The notes beneath the pieces are model-generated. The model was given only the letters and a program-made list of their open reading frames with translations, made no database searches and was not told the DNA's origin. Below are positions 48,737-58,049 of a stretch of DNA of 64,000 bases, piece by piece. The position numbers and the translations under genes are program-made. The stretch is from a virus. Taxonomy: Duplodnaviria; Heunggongvirae; Uroviricota; Caudoviricetes. Every line of letters starts with the position of its first letter. Position 1 is the first letter of the stretch. Where the stretch lies: IMG/VR virus record IMGVR_UViG_2713896899_000007, positions 1 through 64,000 of that record; one strand, 5' to 3'.

Positions 48737-49188
48737 TGTTTATTTCCTTTGCGAAGATCAGCGGCGAAGGCTACTGCGTGATCATGATGTTCAAGTGTGT
48801 ATGCACACTCAGCAAACATCTCCACGCCCTGCGCACGTACTTCAGCCAGAAAAGCATCGGTGGCTGGAGTCTCCGTTAATTCGCTAACCCAATTATCTCC
48901 GTGTTCCTCGGCACACATCGCATCGAATGCTCGCTCAGATTCTTTCAGGGCTGCATTCTCCGCCGCTAATGCGTCTCTCTGCGCCCGCAACTTCTCAATT
49001 TCGGCAGCCATGTAGTAACCAACCATAGCGAAAGTGGCGAAAGGGTAGTCCGAATCATCAGGAGATACGGAGGCCATTAGCAGACCATCGTGCATGTTCT
49101 GGCTTCCATCAGTGATAGATACCGCATAAGAATCGCTGGTTTCCCGCTTATACAATACGACGACCGGGTTCTTGATTTTCTCTCTCAT
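48733..49188 (-). CDS. hypothetical protein
   Basis: 151-aa ORF. Confidence 0.4.
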   Translation of the reverse strand: MREKIKNPVVVLYKRETSDSYAVSITDGSQNMHDGLLMASVSPDDSDYPFATFAMVGYYMAAEIEKLRAQRDALAAENAALKESERAFDAMCAEEHGDNWVSELTETPATDAFLAEVRAQGVEMFAECAYTLEHHDHAVAFAADLRKGNKQ

Positions 49189-49742
49189 TACGATGCCTCT
49201 AACTTGTCTAACTCTTTCAGCCCTTCACGTACCGCGTTCACAATGCGTTCCAGATACTGGTATTTCGGGTTTGGTACCGTTGGCCAGTCGGCATACCACG
49301 GATCATCACCAAAGAGATTCAGTAGTTTGTTACCGACGCCGAAACAGCAGCAGCTTTCTTTTACGTCATCGGCGTTTTCCGCCTCGTCCCACATTTCGCG
49401 AGCCAGTACGGCGTCTATTTCTCTCTCTCTTCGTAACTTTATGATTTCTGACTTCACGAAAAGCAGATTTGCATCGTTGTCATCGTCGACCGTGCTTCGC
49501 AGTTGAGGGTCGAAATAGCCGATTAGATACTCGTTGCTGACCCGCTTAATGAACGTCTGCACATCATCACCGCCCATAGCAAACCAAGCCGCAGTCCACG
49601 CTTTTCCGTAGCAGGTGATGGTGATTCTTCCCTTACCAGGTTCGTAGTTTTCAATCATCACTCGAACCGGATCGAGGCGTTCCAGATCCGTCAGCACAAA
49701 GGAAAGAACATCTATTTTTTCGATCTTCATGCAGCCTCCCAC
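49188..49742 (-). CDS. hypothetical protein
   Basis: 184-aa ORF. Confidence 0.4.
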   Translation of the reverse strand: MGGCMKIEKIDVLSFVLTDLERLDPVRVMIENYEPGKGRITITCYGKAWTAAWFAMGGDDVQTFIKRVSNEYLIGYFDPQLRSTVDDDNDANLLFVKSEIIKLRREREIDAVLAREMWDEAENADDVKESCCCFGVGNKLLNLFGDDPWYADWPTVPNPKYQYLERIVNAVREGLKELDKLEAS

Positions 49743-50368
49743 GCGCTCCAGATCAGCGATTTGTGTTTTTCATAACGTTTGATGTGTACCGGTTTCAGAA
49801 GCGCAATACCTTCAGTGACTTTCGCCATTGCGCTTAATAACAACGGGTGTTCTATACCTATCCTCTCCATGTACTCGACAACATCAGCGTTGGCACCAAT
49901 CTCCTTCCCGTTAAAAAGTACGTCCAGCATCAGCTCTTTCTCTGCAAGGTAGATAGCTGAAAACTCAGGATCGCGACTCACGATAGAAGAGGTATTGTCG
50001 AGCAGGTCAGCCAGCTTGATCATGCGCGTCTGCATGTCGAGATTTTGCTCCAGCTCCCGGACATTGATGATGAAACGCTGTATTCGATTGCCGTCTTCTG
50101 GCCTTGCGATGTTGGTCAGAGCCTGAACCATTTCAGCTACGCGCTCACCGAAGTGATCACGAACCATCTCTATGGTTACATTGGTGTCTTCGACCACATC
50201 ATGCAGAAGCGCCGCGATTTGCATCTCCACGGTTCCGTCATGCAATGCAACAATCTCTCGGACAGCAACCGGGTGGTTGATGTAGTCTTCGCCGGTATAT
50301 TTTCTTTTCTGACCAACGCCACCATGAGCGCCAGCGGCGAACATATGTGCTTCGGAAATACTAGACAT
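49727..50368 (-). CDS. SpoT/Rel-type HD-domain hydrolase (small alarmone hydrolase-like), intact HD motif
   Basis: HPVAVREIV...ALLHDVVEDT...MIKLADLLDN. Confidence 0.65.
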   Translation of the reverse strand: MSSISEAHMFAAGAHGGVGQKRKYTGEDYINHPVAVREIVALHDGTVEMQIAALLHDVVEDTNVTIEMVRDHFGERVAEMVQALTNIARPEDGNRIQRFIINVRELEQNLDMQTRMIKLADLLDNTSSIVSRDPEFSAIYLAEKELMLDVLFNGKEIGANADVVEYMERIGIEHPLLLSAMAKVTEGIALLKPVHIKRYEKHKSLIWSAWEAA

Positions 50369-50487
50369 TCTTAACTCCGTTGTTTTCTAGTTGTGGTTAT
50401 TTTCACAAATAAGAAAAGGTAGAAAACAATTTATTTAAGGCCACAACTTATGGCCTTTATTTATTCATGCAGAAGAATTTGTAGCGT

Positions 50488-50868
50488 CTAATTGCCGGAT
50501 AAAATGGGGTGAGGTGCTTGCCAGTAGGCTCCACCGTTCCATGTGAACCCCATGCGAATAAGAGTGTTTATTGCGGCTTTGGTAGACTCCGATTCGACAC
50601 TGGCTTTTCGAAACTCTTGAACCTCTTTCGCCAACTTGTATGTAATTGTGCAGGGTACGATTGCAGCCCAGCCTTTCTCATGACTGTTAATGACCATCTG
50701 GATGTGACCATCCAGAATAGGTTGATCAGGCATGTTATTGAAAACGTCTGCCTGTTTTTGAATGTGAAGAAAAAGCCTTGCCAGCTCCATTTGCTCACTA
50801 CGAGACAAGGGATTATCAAGAGGGCTTTTTGCAAAAGCGGCTATACGCTGTGCGTCAATGCCAAACAT
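50488..50868 (-). CDS. hypothetical protein
   Basis: 126-aa ORF. Confidence 0.4.
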   Translation of the reverse strand: MFGIDAQRIAAFAKSPLDNPLSRSEQMELARLFLHIQKQADVFNNMPDQPILDGHIQMVINSHEKGWAAIVPCTITYKLAKEVQEFRKASVESESTKAAINTLIRMGFTWNGGAYWQAPHPILSGN

Positions 50869-51572
50869 CAGCGCACCTCACCATCTTTATGGCTGGAGTT
50901 AACTTCCGCCATTAAATGTCTGACGTAATCGACAAGAGAGCCACCTGGTGGAATCTGGCATTCCTCAACTAACTGGAAGTAGATATCCGCTGCATTACGT
51001 GTATTGCTACCCGCGCATATTCTTTCTTCCCGAAGTGCATGAAGCTCGTTGACCAAACGGTCACACTCTCCGTTACGCTGATCCACAACGGCCTCAAGCT
51101 CTGCGACGCGTTCACCTGGCGTCTTACCTTCTTTGCGTTGGATGGTAACGACGAAATCGCCAATTGCAGGGACGTTGTAATCCAGCTCAAGGTAGTTTTT
51201 GGCACCGCTGCGGACGAACTCACCCGCGAACATGGTGGCGAACATCGCAGAGGCCACTTCGCCGTTGAAAAGTGACTCCAGATCTAACGGAGTCCCGGCA
51301 GCAATAGCCTCTTTTGCTGTATCCATTGCATCCATGAACCGATCAAACTCACTAGCGCGCTTTTCCAGGTCTTTCCATTGCTCGCTCCAACGTTTGGCAA
51401 CGAAGTCTATGAATGTTTTCGCGGATTCATCAAAATTCCCCTCAAACTTAACGATGCCTTTATCAATAATGATCTGGCCTACCGCATCCTCTGCATAACC
51501 TTTCAATGTAAACTTGAAAGGAAAATCAGAATGGCCTGTGACGTTAAAATGCTCTAACTGGAGGTCGTTCAT
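50868..51572 (-). CDS. hypothetical protein
   Basis: 234-aa ORF. Confidence 0.4.
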   Translation of the reverse strand: MNDLQLEHFNVTGHSDFPFKFTLKGYAEDAVGQIIIDKGIVKFEGNFDESAKTFIDFVAKRWSEQWKDLEKRASEFDRFMDAMDTAKEAIAAGTPLDLESLFNGEVASAMFATMFAGEFVRSGAKNYLELDYNVPAIGDFVVTIQRKEGKTPGERVAELEAVVDQRNGECDRLVNELHALREERICAGSNTRNAADIYFQLVEECQIPPGGSLVDYVRHLMAEVNSSHKDGEVR

Positions 51573-51633
51573 GTGTTTTTCTCTTATCGTTTAGTTACTA
51601 CATTCTTACACAAATTAAGTAAGTATTTACCTA

Positions 51634-53319
51634 TCATTTAACGCGTTTGAAAACGTATACGCTGACTGTGATCCCTGTGTCTTCAAACTCGTTGGTAAAC
51701 GACTTCCCTCTGGCATAAACGTAATTATCCATCGTCATCCAGTCCAGTATTGGCGCAGTGCCCGGCAATACTGCTACAAGACGCCCGCCGACTTTCAGAT
51801 GCCCCAGCGCAGCCATCGTGTGCTCTCTATGACGACCAAGCGAGTACGGCGGGTTCATAACGATTTTGTCGAACTGATAACCTGCGTTGTCCTCAGACCA
51901 CTTTATGAAGTCGCAGCAAATCGTGTTCGTATACCCTTTTCCACGCAGGATATCAGCGAAGAGAGGTGCGATTTCTATGCAGGTAACATCTTCCAGATCG
52001 GCGTTAATATAGGCCAGAAGATCCCCACGTCCGGCTTGAGGCTCCAGCAGCTTCTCACCAGGCTTCAATTCAGTGGCTCTGGCAACGTACTCAGCAATCA
52101 AGCGTGGGGTAGGGTAGAACTGGTGTGATTTTGTATCCGGTATTAAACCGGTAGCCACAATCGTATTTAGCGTATGGCCGATGTCATACGGGAACTGCCA
52201 GTGCTTTTTCTCCTGCACGCCGCCAATGAAGCTCAGTGTGCGCTCAAGCTCTTCCACCTGCGACTTCTGGAGAGCTGAATCAGAGAAGTACCATACGCCT
52301 TTGTCTTTGCTCAATCGCCCGTCACGAAGCGCAGTGCGAACCGGCACGGAGATCGTCTTCTGGATTAACCCGAACTGCTTTGGTGCCCGTGTTTTTGGCG
52401 CAGTGCGGCATGGCGCGGGGATTGCAGCAGGCATACTGTAAGCCAGCACCTCATTCAACTTCCAGGCCACGTCAGGATGTATTTCAAAGTGAACGTTGCC
52501 GTTCTTGAACATCTTCACGCGCATCAGATTTCCATCGACGTTCATCCAGTCACCGGTCTGGCAGTCGTTTGCCCGATACGCAGCTGATAGCACCTCAGCA
52601 GTGCGGTTGATGGTAATAAATTCTTTGTGCGCGAAGAAATGAAGCAAGACACGCAGATCGTCGATGTAGTCCTCTTTGCGATAGTTCACGCTAACGCTGT
52701 CCCGCCAGAAATCAGAAATGCAGTCAGCGATTATCAGCCGCTCGCTGAAACCGTTTGTCTTATTCGTCTTGTGCGCAGGACTCAGCGCCTTAAACAAGCC
52801 ATACACGCGCTCAGAGAGATATTTGTGCCTGTCATTCAGCAAATTAAGCATCGTGGGTATGACCGTTTCTGCTTTGAACTCCGGTACACCAACGAACTCT
52901 TTAACCTTCATCTGGTAGCCGGTTCTGTCAGTTTTGATGACTTCCTGTTTGCCCTCTATAAACTGCTCGCGCCACTCATCTCGACGGGAAGCTGGCATGA
53001 TCAGCAAAACGTTAGTCATGTCCGTGACCTTCCTCCAGTACTCGGCCCAAATATTCTGTTTCACCCATTCCAGATCGACTTTATCCAACCAACCTCGATT
53101 TAAACGCGAGCGATCTTCATCTGGTCGATGGTTTAGTCGCAGCAGGCGATTAATCATGTTGTGGCGTTCGTCGCCATAAACGAAGTCGTGTACCTGATAC
53201 ATGAAGGCGATCTCTTTCTCGCACTCGGCCACGATTTCGTGGATGACATTCATTTCCTGACGATAGTCGATAGCCGTGTTTGAGCTGGCATCGTCGATGA
53301 TGGAAAGGGCTGTATTCAT
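51634..53319 (-). CDS. N6-adenine-type methyltransferase with ~400-aa N-terminal domain of unknown function
   Basis: C-terminal motif I LLEPQAGRGDL and motif IV NPPY about 45 aa apart. Confidence 0.6.
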   Translation of the reverse strand: MNTALSIIDDASSNTAIDYRQEMNVIHEIVAECEKEIAFMYQVHDFVYGDERHNMINRLLRLNHRPDEDRSRLNRGWLDKVDLEWVKQNIWAEYWRKVTDMTNVLLIMPASRRDEWREQFIEGKQEVIKTDRTGYQMKVKEFVGVPEFKAETVIPTMLNLLNDRHKYLSERVYGLFKALSPAHKTNKTNGFSERLIIADCISDFWRDSVSVNYRKEDYIDDLRVLLHFFAHKEFITINRTAEVLSAAYRANDCQTGDWMNVDGNLMRVKMFKNGNVHFEIHPDVAWKLNEVLAYSMPAAIPAPCRTAPKTRAPKQFGLIQKTISVPVRTALRDGRLSKDKGVWYFSDSALQKSQVEELERTLSFIGGVQEKKHWQFPYDIGHTLNTIVATGLIPDTKSHQFYPTPRLIAEYVARATELKPGEKLLEPQAGRGDLLAYINADLEDVTCIEIAPLFADILRGKGYTNTICCDFIKWSEDNAGYQFDKIVMNPPYSLGRHREHTMAALGHLKVGGRLVAVLPGTAPILDWMTMDNYVYARGKSFTNEFEDTGITVSVYVFKRVK

Positions 53320-53460
53320 AATTACACCATTAAATAATTTGTTTTCTTATTGGTGTAATTATCGCAAACTTGAAAAGGCATAAAAGCTGCATTCATAGGC
53401 GTTACAGCAGATTTAAGGCGTAAAAATGGGGGCTTTCGCCCCCTGTCGACTGGTGCAGTA

Positions 53461-54027
53461 TTAGAGTGCGTATTGCGTTTTGTGCGGCTGCTTATTCAAG
53501 TCATGGCGATGCGTGAGCTCCCGCATCATGTCTTCAAGGCGACTCTTTGTGTCGTCGAGCTGGTCGGCCATTGCACCTAAAAGCTGGCGAACGGCCATCG
53601 GATTGTCGCTGTTTAGTGATGGCATTTTATAACCTGCTTTAGAAGACATAAGGTTAATTGCAGACATCAACATCGTTAGAGAGGATTTAAGCCCGGCAAT
53701 TTCACGATCTTTGCTGGCAATAATCGTCTCACTTTTGTTACCGTCATGAGTTCCTTGAGTCTCGCTCACCATATCCAAAGTCGCTTGCAACTTATCGGCT
53801 CTCTCTTTTTCAGCAAGGTAATGAACGCCGAAATGATGTGCTAAAGCTACAACCTGAGTTGGTTCTTCAAAGGTGGAATTAAAATTAAGTACTGTAAACA
53901 GTCTCTCAAATATGGAAACGTCTTCTGTTCCCCGAACAATGCCTAACATTTTGACAAGTTCATTAGCATCCATTTCTTCGAATAGGGCGTTTTGTTCATC
54001 AGCTATTGCTTTGCATTTCTCGCACAT
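53461..54027 (-). CDS. hypothetical protein
   Basis: 188-aa ORF with motif B upstream. Confidence 0.4.
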   Translation of the reverse strand: MCEKCKAIADEQNALFEEMDANELVKMLGIVRGTEDVSIFERLFTVLNFNSTFEEPTQVVALAHHFGVHYLAEKERADKLQATLDMVSETQGTHDGNKSETIIASKDREIAGLKSSLTMLMSAINLMSSKAGYKMPSLNSDNPMAVRQLLGAMADQLDDTKSRLEDMMRELTHRHDLNKQPHKTQYAL

Positions 54028-54324
54028 GTGTTTTCCTTAATGCTTAAACAAGTTGTTTTCTTATTGGCTTTATTGTGATGTGGCATATAAGGGGAGCAAG
54101 CTAAACGTAAAGGTGCAAACTCTCTATTTTGGTCAACGAAACACAAGGGCCATTTGGCCCTTGTCATTAACACTTTGCTTTACGGACTAGCGGATAGGCG
54201 AAGTAGATCGCCAAACCAATGAGGACGCCATCAGAAATGACAGACATCATCTTTCCCGTAAAATCCACCAACACCGCCATCACCAGAAGAGCAATGACGG
54301 TCACAAGCCGGAATCTCTCAAGCA

Positions 54325-54750
54325 TTAGAGATAAGCATCCAGTGACAACTGAAGCGCCTGGGCGATCTTTTTCAGTGCCTGCTCTTCTTGTTCACCAATG
54401 CCGTCCTGGTCGGCAATATCAAGGCACAGACACAGAACATCGACCGCCTCTGGAGTGCCCGCAATATCAGCCAGCTCACGCATAGCCTGTGCATTAGCGG
54501 AACGAGGGGACGCTTCGTAACGAGCACGGATATTGGCGCTCATTTGGGCAATCTCACCAGCAAACGGAGAAAACGCAGGCAGAGCTGCAATTGTCTTCTC
54601 AAGAATGGCAATTTCTTTTGCGTCACATGTGCCGTCGGCATAGGAGATCATGTACGCGCCCCACACGGTGGCCTCAACCGCATCACGGTTCTCCATTTTT
54701 TTGACTTCGATAACTGCTTTACGAGTTTTCTTTTTGAAGAAACCTAACAT
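54325..54750 (-). CDS. TerB-like domain protein (tentative)
   Basis: two ADG/ADQDG...E motifs as in TerB/DjlA-N family. Confidence 0.4.
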   Translation of the reverse strand: MLGFFKKKTRKAVIEVKKMENRDAVEATVWGAYMISYADGTCDAKEIAILEKTIAALPAFSPFAGEIAQMSANIRARYEASPRSANAQAMRELADIAGTPEAVDVLCLCLDIADQDGIGEQEEQALKKIAQALQLSLDAYL

Positions 54751-54843
54751 GTGTTTTCCTTTTGTTATTTGTCAAAACAAGTTGTTTTCTAGTTAAATAA
54801 ATTGCTTACGCAAAGACGGTCAATGCATATGCACTAACAACCG

Positions 54844-55032
54844 TCAGAAGTAACCAAGTACCGAACCGACTGGAAAAATAAAAATCCCAACTACACGAGC
54901 CAAGGTCATGCCAGCCTGAAACTGGAGATCGCCAGAGCAAACAAGTTTTATAATGTTCGATACCCAACCGGCGGCCATGAGGGCCAGAATTGCCAGCCAA
55001 ATTTTTCCAAAGTGATTTGAAAACCAGTTCAT
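54844..55032 (-). CDS. small membrane protein (two predicted TM helices)
   Basis: 62 aa, hydrophobic; overlaps a less protein-like 76-aa ORF in another frame. Confidence 0.35.
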   Translation of the reverse strand: MNWFSNHFGKIWLAILALMAAGWVSNIIKLVCSGDLQFQAGMTLARVVGIFIFPVGSVLGYF

Positions 55033-55280
55033 ACAACCGCCTTAGTCACAGCATGATCCTGAGTAACTGGATGAATTTGAGGTATCGCATCCACCGCCAT
55101 CCCATCCAGAGTGACAGGACGCTCCACTGGAGTGGTGGTAATTGTCGTCGACGAAGGTGTGGTGATGGATGAATCCGGCATCAAAAGGCTCTGACCGGCT
55201 GGAACTGCTACCGTCGCCAGTGAAACTATAATGAGAACGTAGGCCATTGGTTTCAGCCTCTTTCTTTGAAAATTTTCCAT
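55029..55280 (-). CDS. small exported protein (signal peptide)
   Basis: MAYVLIIVSLATVAVPAGQS N-terminus; overlaps the 3' half of ORF 55042-55536 in another frame. Confidence 0.35.
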   Translation of the reverse strand: MENFQRKRLKPMAYVLIIVSLATVAVPAGQSLLMPDSSITTPSSTTITTTPVERPVTLDGMAVDAIPQIHPVTQDHAVTKAVV

Positions 55281-55536
55281 TCGAACTGTCCTTGTTGTTT
55301 TTCTCCTTCACTAAAGGCCGTGCATTTTTCGCTTCGCGTGAAGAACCAGAGGCAACAATCGCCCCCACGTTCGCAACAACTGACGCTTGATTATCTAAAC
55401 GTTCATTCAGCAACCGAACGGTAGTCTCTAGTTCATCAAGACGTGACATAACACGACCGCTAAATAATTCGGCCAAAATTTGACGTAAAGAACGAGGACG
55501 TTTAGTTGCAGAAGTGAAATAGGTTTGACGTGCCAT
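55042..55536 (-). CDS. hypothetical protein; only the N-terminal ~70 aa look protein-like
   Basis: N-terminal helical segment, then Ser/Gly/His-rich low-complexity tail; conflicting overlap. Confidence 0.3.
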   Translation of the reverse strand: MARQTYFTSATKRPRSLRQILAELFSGRVMSRLDELETTVRLLNERLDNQASVVANVGAIVASGSSREAKNARPLVKEKNNKDSSNGKFSKKEAETNGLRSHYSFTGDGSSSSRSEPFDAGFIHHHTFVDDNYHHSSGASCHSGWDGGGCDTSNSSSYSGSCCD

Positions 55537-55684
55537 GTGGACTCCATCCAGTGTCAGAAAGAGTTGCGGCTGGCGATTGCCAGCCGCCTTTCTCGTTCCA
55601 TCCTGGAACTGTGTCTTACCGACACATTGTCATCCTGACGCCGATAAGATACATGATTTAAAATAATAGGTAAATACTTACTTA

Positions 55685-56275
55685 CTAATTGTTATAAACA
55701 AAACCAATATCTTTCTTGTGAGGCATATCTGCTGCTGAAAAAGCTGCGATCTTCGCGAGTCGATCACATATTTCATTTTCACGATGCCCGGCGTGACCTT
55801 TAACCCACTTCCAGCGAACATTATGTCGACTTGCGGCCTCATCCAGACGCTTCCACAGATCAACATTCTTTACCGGTTTTTTGTCAGAAGTCATCCATCC
55901 ATTGCGTTTCCACCATTTCATCCACTGTGTCATGCCGTTTTTCAGATACTGGCTATCAGAGTGCAAAATAACGTTGCATGGATATTTCAAACGCTCCAGC
56001 CCGATAAGTGCCCCCATCATCTCCATGCGGTTATTGGTGGTGCTATGAAAACCATCTGAGAACTCGCGTTCCTCACCACGATACTGGAGAACTATACCGT
56101 AACCGCCCGGGCCACCCGGATTTTTAAGGCAAGAGCCATCACTGAAGATTTTCACGGTTTTAAGCTGGGGATTGAACTCTACGACAGGCGTTGTGGGATT
56201 GGTGCGGGGAGAATTTTTGTTTTTGTCTTTTTTGCGAGTTTTTGCTTGCGATCGGGCTGGTGTCTTCGACGTCAT
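55685..56275 (-). CDS. ribonuclease HI with basic N-terminal extension
   Basis: FSDGSC...TTNNRME...HSDSQY...[12 protein letters not shown] match RNase HI; track ORF extends to 56329. Confidence 0.8.
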   Translation of the reverse strand: MTSKTPARSQAKTRKKDKNKNSPRTNPTTPVVEFNPQLKTVKIFSDGSCLKNPGGPGGYGIVLQYRGEEREFSDGFHSTTNNRMEMMGALIGLERLKYPCNVILHSDSQYLKNGMTQWMKWWKRNGWMTSDKKPVKNVDLWKRLDEAASRHNVRWKWVKGHAGHRENEICDRLAKIAAFSAADMPHKKDIGFVYNN

Positions 56276-56339
56276 ATAAACTCCTGAATCAAGCGCCGCG
56301 CCGATTTTTTTCCTCGCGCGTGCGCACACGCGTGCGTGT

Positions 56340-56857
56340 AATAATTATTAAAATAAACAAATTACTTCCCAGTACAGGTTTTTATAAACCTGAACTGAAC
56401 GAACGAAGTGAGTGAAGTTCACCTCGAACGAAGTGAGAGGTTGTCTTTTCAGGTAATACTCTCCCAGGGAGGTGAGTATAAAATTCCTCACCAACCTGGT
56501 CGTTTCATAACCTGAAAAGCTATGGTCTAAGTCTACTGCCAGCTTAGACTTGGGAAGTTATGGATGACAGCACCCCAGAACCGAGATCTTCCCACACTTT
56601 ATGAAGGGGAGTACTGGATTCAACCTCTCGAAACACCCCAGACTCGACAATCATAAAGTGACCCTTGTCTCTGCTCACTTTGGTTCCCCCTTCCCCGACA
56701 CCTAAACGGCACCGGTTCTACGCTGGTAGTGAGCTTTTTTAAACCTGACGCCAGTGACGCTTACCCCCACCCATCAGGTCGAGTCTCCAGTCTATGACTG
56801 GAAACTATCAGATCTTAGCACTTACAATTCATCTTATGAATAGTTTGTACTTATCTA
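56340..56857. other. ~520-bp ORF-free structured region (direct repeats and hairpins); candidate ncRNA or cis-acting site
   Basis: no ORF of 60 aa or more; GAACGAAGTGAG direct repeat; several 6-7-bp stem-loops. Confidence 0.3.
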
Positions 56858-57088
56858 TCATTTCGATTGATTATTTTCTCGACCATGTAGTTGAACATTC
56901 AAGGCAAACACCTCGTTGATCAACTCACCTAAAAGCTGTTCAACAAGTTCGCGATGCTCCCCAAGATGCAAGCACTTAATTGCCCATTCGTACAAGTTGA
57001 AAGCCTGCTCGCGATCTTTCATCATTTCACGAGCCTTAGCCAGAAAATCGCTCTCTACGAGCGCAACAACATTGGTCGGGTATGACAT
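56858..57088 (-). CDS. hypothetical small protein
   Basis: 76-aa ORF. Confidence 0.4.
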   Translation of the reverse strand: MSYPTNVVALVESDFLAKAREMMKDREQAFNLYEWAIKCLHLGEHRELVEQLLGELINEVFALNVQLHGRENNQSK

Positions 57089-57273
57089 GTTAGTTTTCCT
57101 TAAAGTGGTTCATAAAATCGATTTTAAAGCGTCTGAGAAGGGGTTCTAGTGGATTCTGTAGTGGTGTTCAGGTCTGGGAGTCTCTGATACAAAACAGCCT
57201 GCTTCCGTATATTAATAATTAATATGTAGTTATTTATATACAGAAGCAGGTTAATTACACTCGCCAGAACAAA

Positions 57274-57867
57274 CTAAGCAGCCTTCTTTGATGGTCTTTT
57301 TTTCCTGACCACATTCGCAGGATCATACCCTCCCAGACTTTTCATTACGTCCAAAGGGATCTTGCTTATAGAGTGCCCAGCGTCCTGACAGAATCCTCGA
57401 AAAACAACGAGCATACTGCCACCGGGGTTGATGTTTACTTCTACCTGACCCAAATTGACGTCAGGCTCGACAAACGCTACGCGGCCACCAGACAGAATAA
57501 TCGTCTCATTCGCATACTCTGTTGCACGCTCATACCACTTTGTATCGAGGGATTGAGGAATTAGCATCACTGTTGTAACTCCGCGAGCCTGCTCACGTAT
57601 AGCAGCATCAATCCAGGGGGAGATTTTGGAGTAGGGTGGATTGAGGAAGGCAATTGTACCTGGCTGTCCCCATTCAGATTTCAAAGCATCGCGCTCAACG
57701 CCTATGAAATTAGGCAGCTTTGCATTGTCCTTGTTGCAGGCAACGTCAACATCAAATGTCACTCCAAGATAACGTTGAATGGCAGAAAACAGCCAATCAG
57801 GTGTTCTCCAGAGGTCACGAAGAGAGTTGTCGCGCTTTCGCTGTTTGATTTTTTCGGCTGCAATCAT
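57274..57867 (-). CDS. phage Dam-family DNA N6-adenine methyltransferase
   Basis: WRTPDWLF...FDVDVA...AFLNPPYS motifs. Confidence 0.8.
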   Translation of the reverse strand: MIAAEKIKQRKRDNSLRDLWRTPDWLFSAIQRYLGVTFDVDVACNKDNAKLPNFIGVERDALKSEWGQPGTIAFLNPPYSKISPWIDAAIREQARGVTTVMLIPQSLDTKWYERATEYANETIILSGGRVAFVEPDVNLGQVEVNINPGGSMLVVFRGFCQDAGHSISKIPLDVMKSLGGYDPANVVRKKRPSKKAA

Positions 57868-58049
57868 CTTCTTTCTCGATAGGTAAGTGATTACCTATTT
57901 TTGCATTTGATTTTATGTATGGCAATCAAATAAAACACGCCAGAAATGCGAACAAGAAGCTCTCTGGCGCGTTTTTGTGGTGCTGGGTATGGGTTAGCTT
58001 ACCCAGCACTATAAAGCTCTCTATGGGCTTTATTTTCAGTAGGGGAACG

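Noticed and set aside
55685-56329. Retron-like reading of the structured non-coding region next to RNase H
   Set aside because: No reverse-transcriptase gene is present and the adjacent enzyme is a canonical RNase HI, so a retron is not supported.
56560-56720. Possible tRNA gene in the non-coding region upstream of RNase H (GGATTCAACC resembles a T-arm)
   Set aside because: Flanking sequence does not form a T-stem or acceptor stem; no cloverleaf could be built by eye. A tRNAscan-SE run would settle it.
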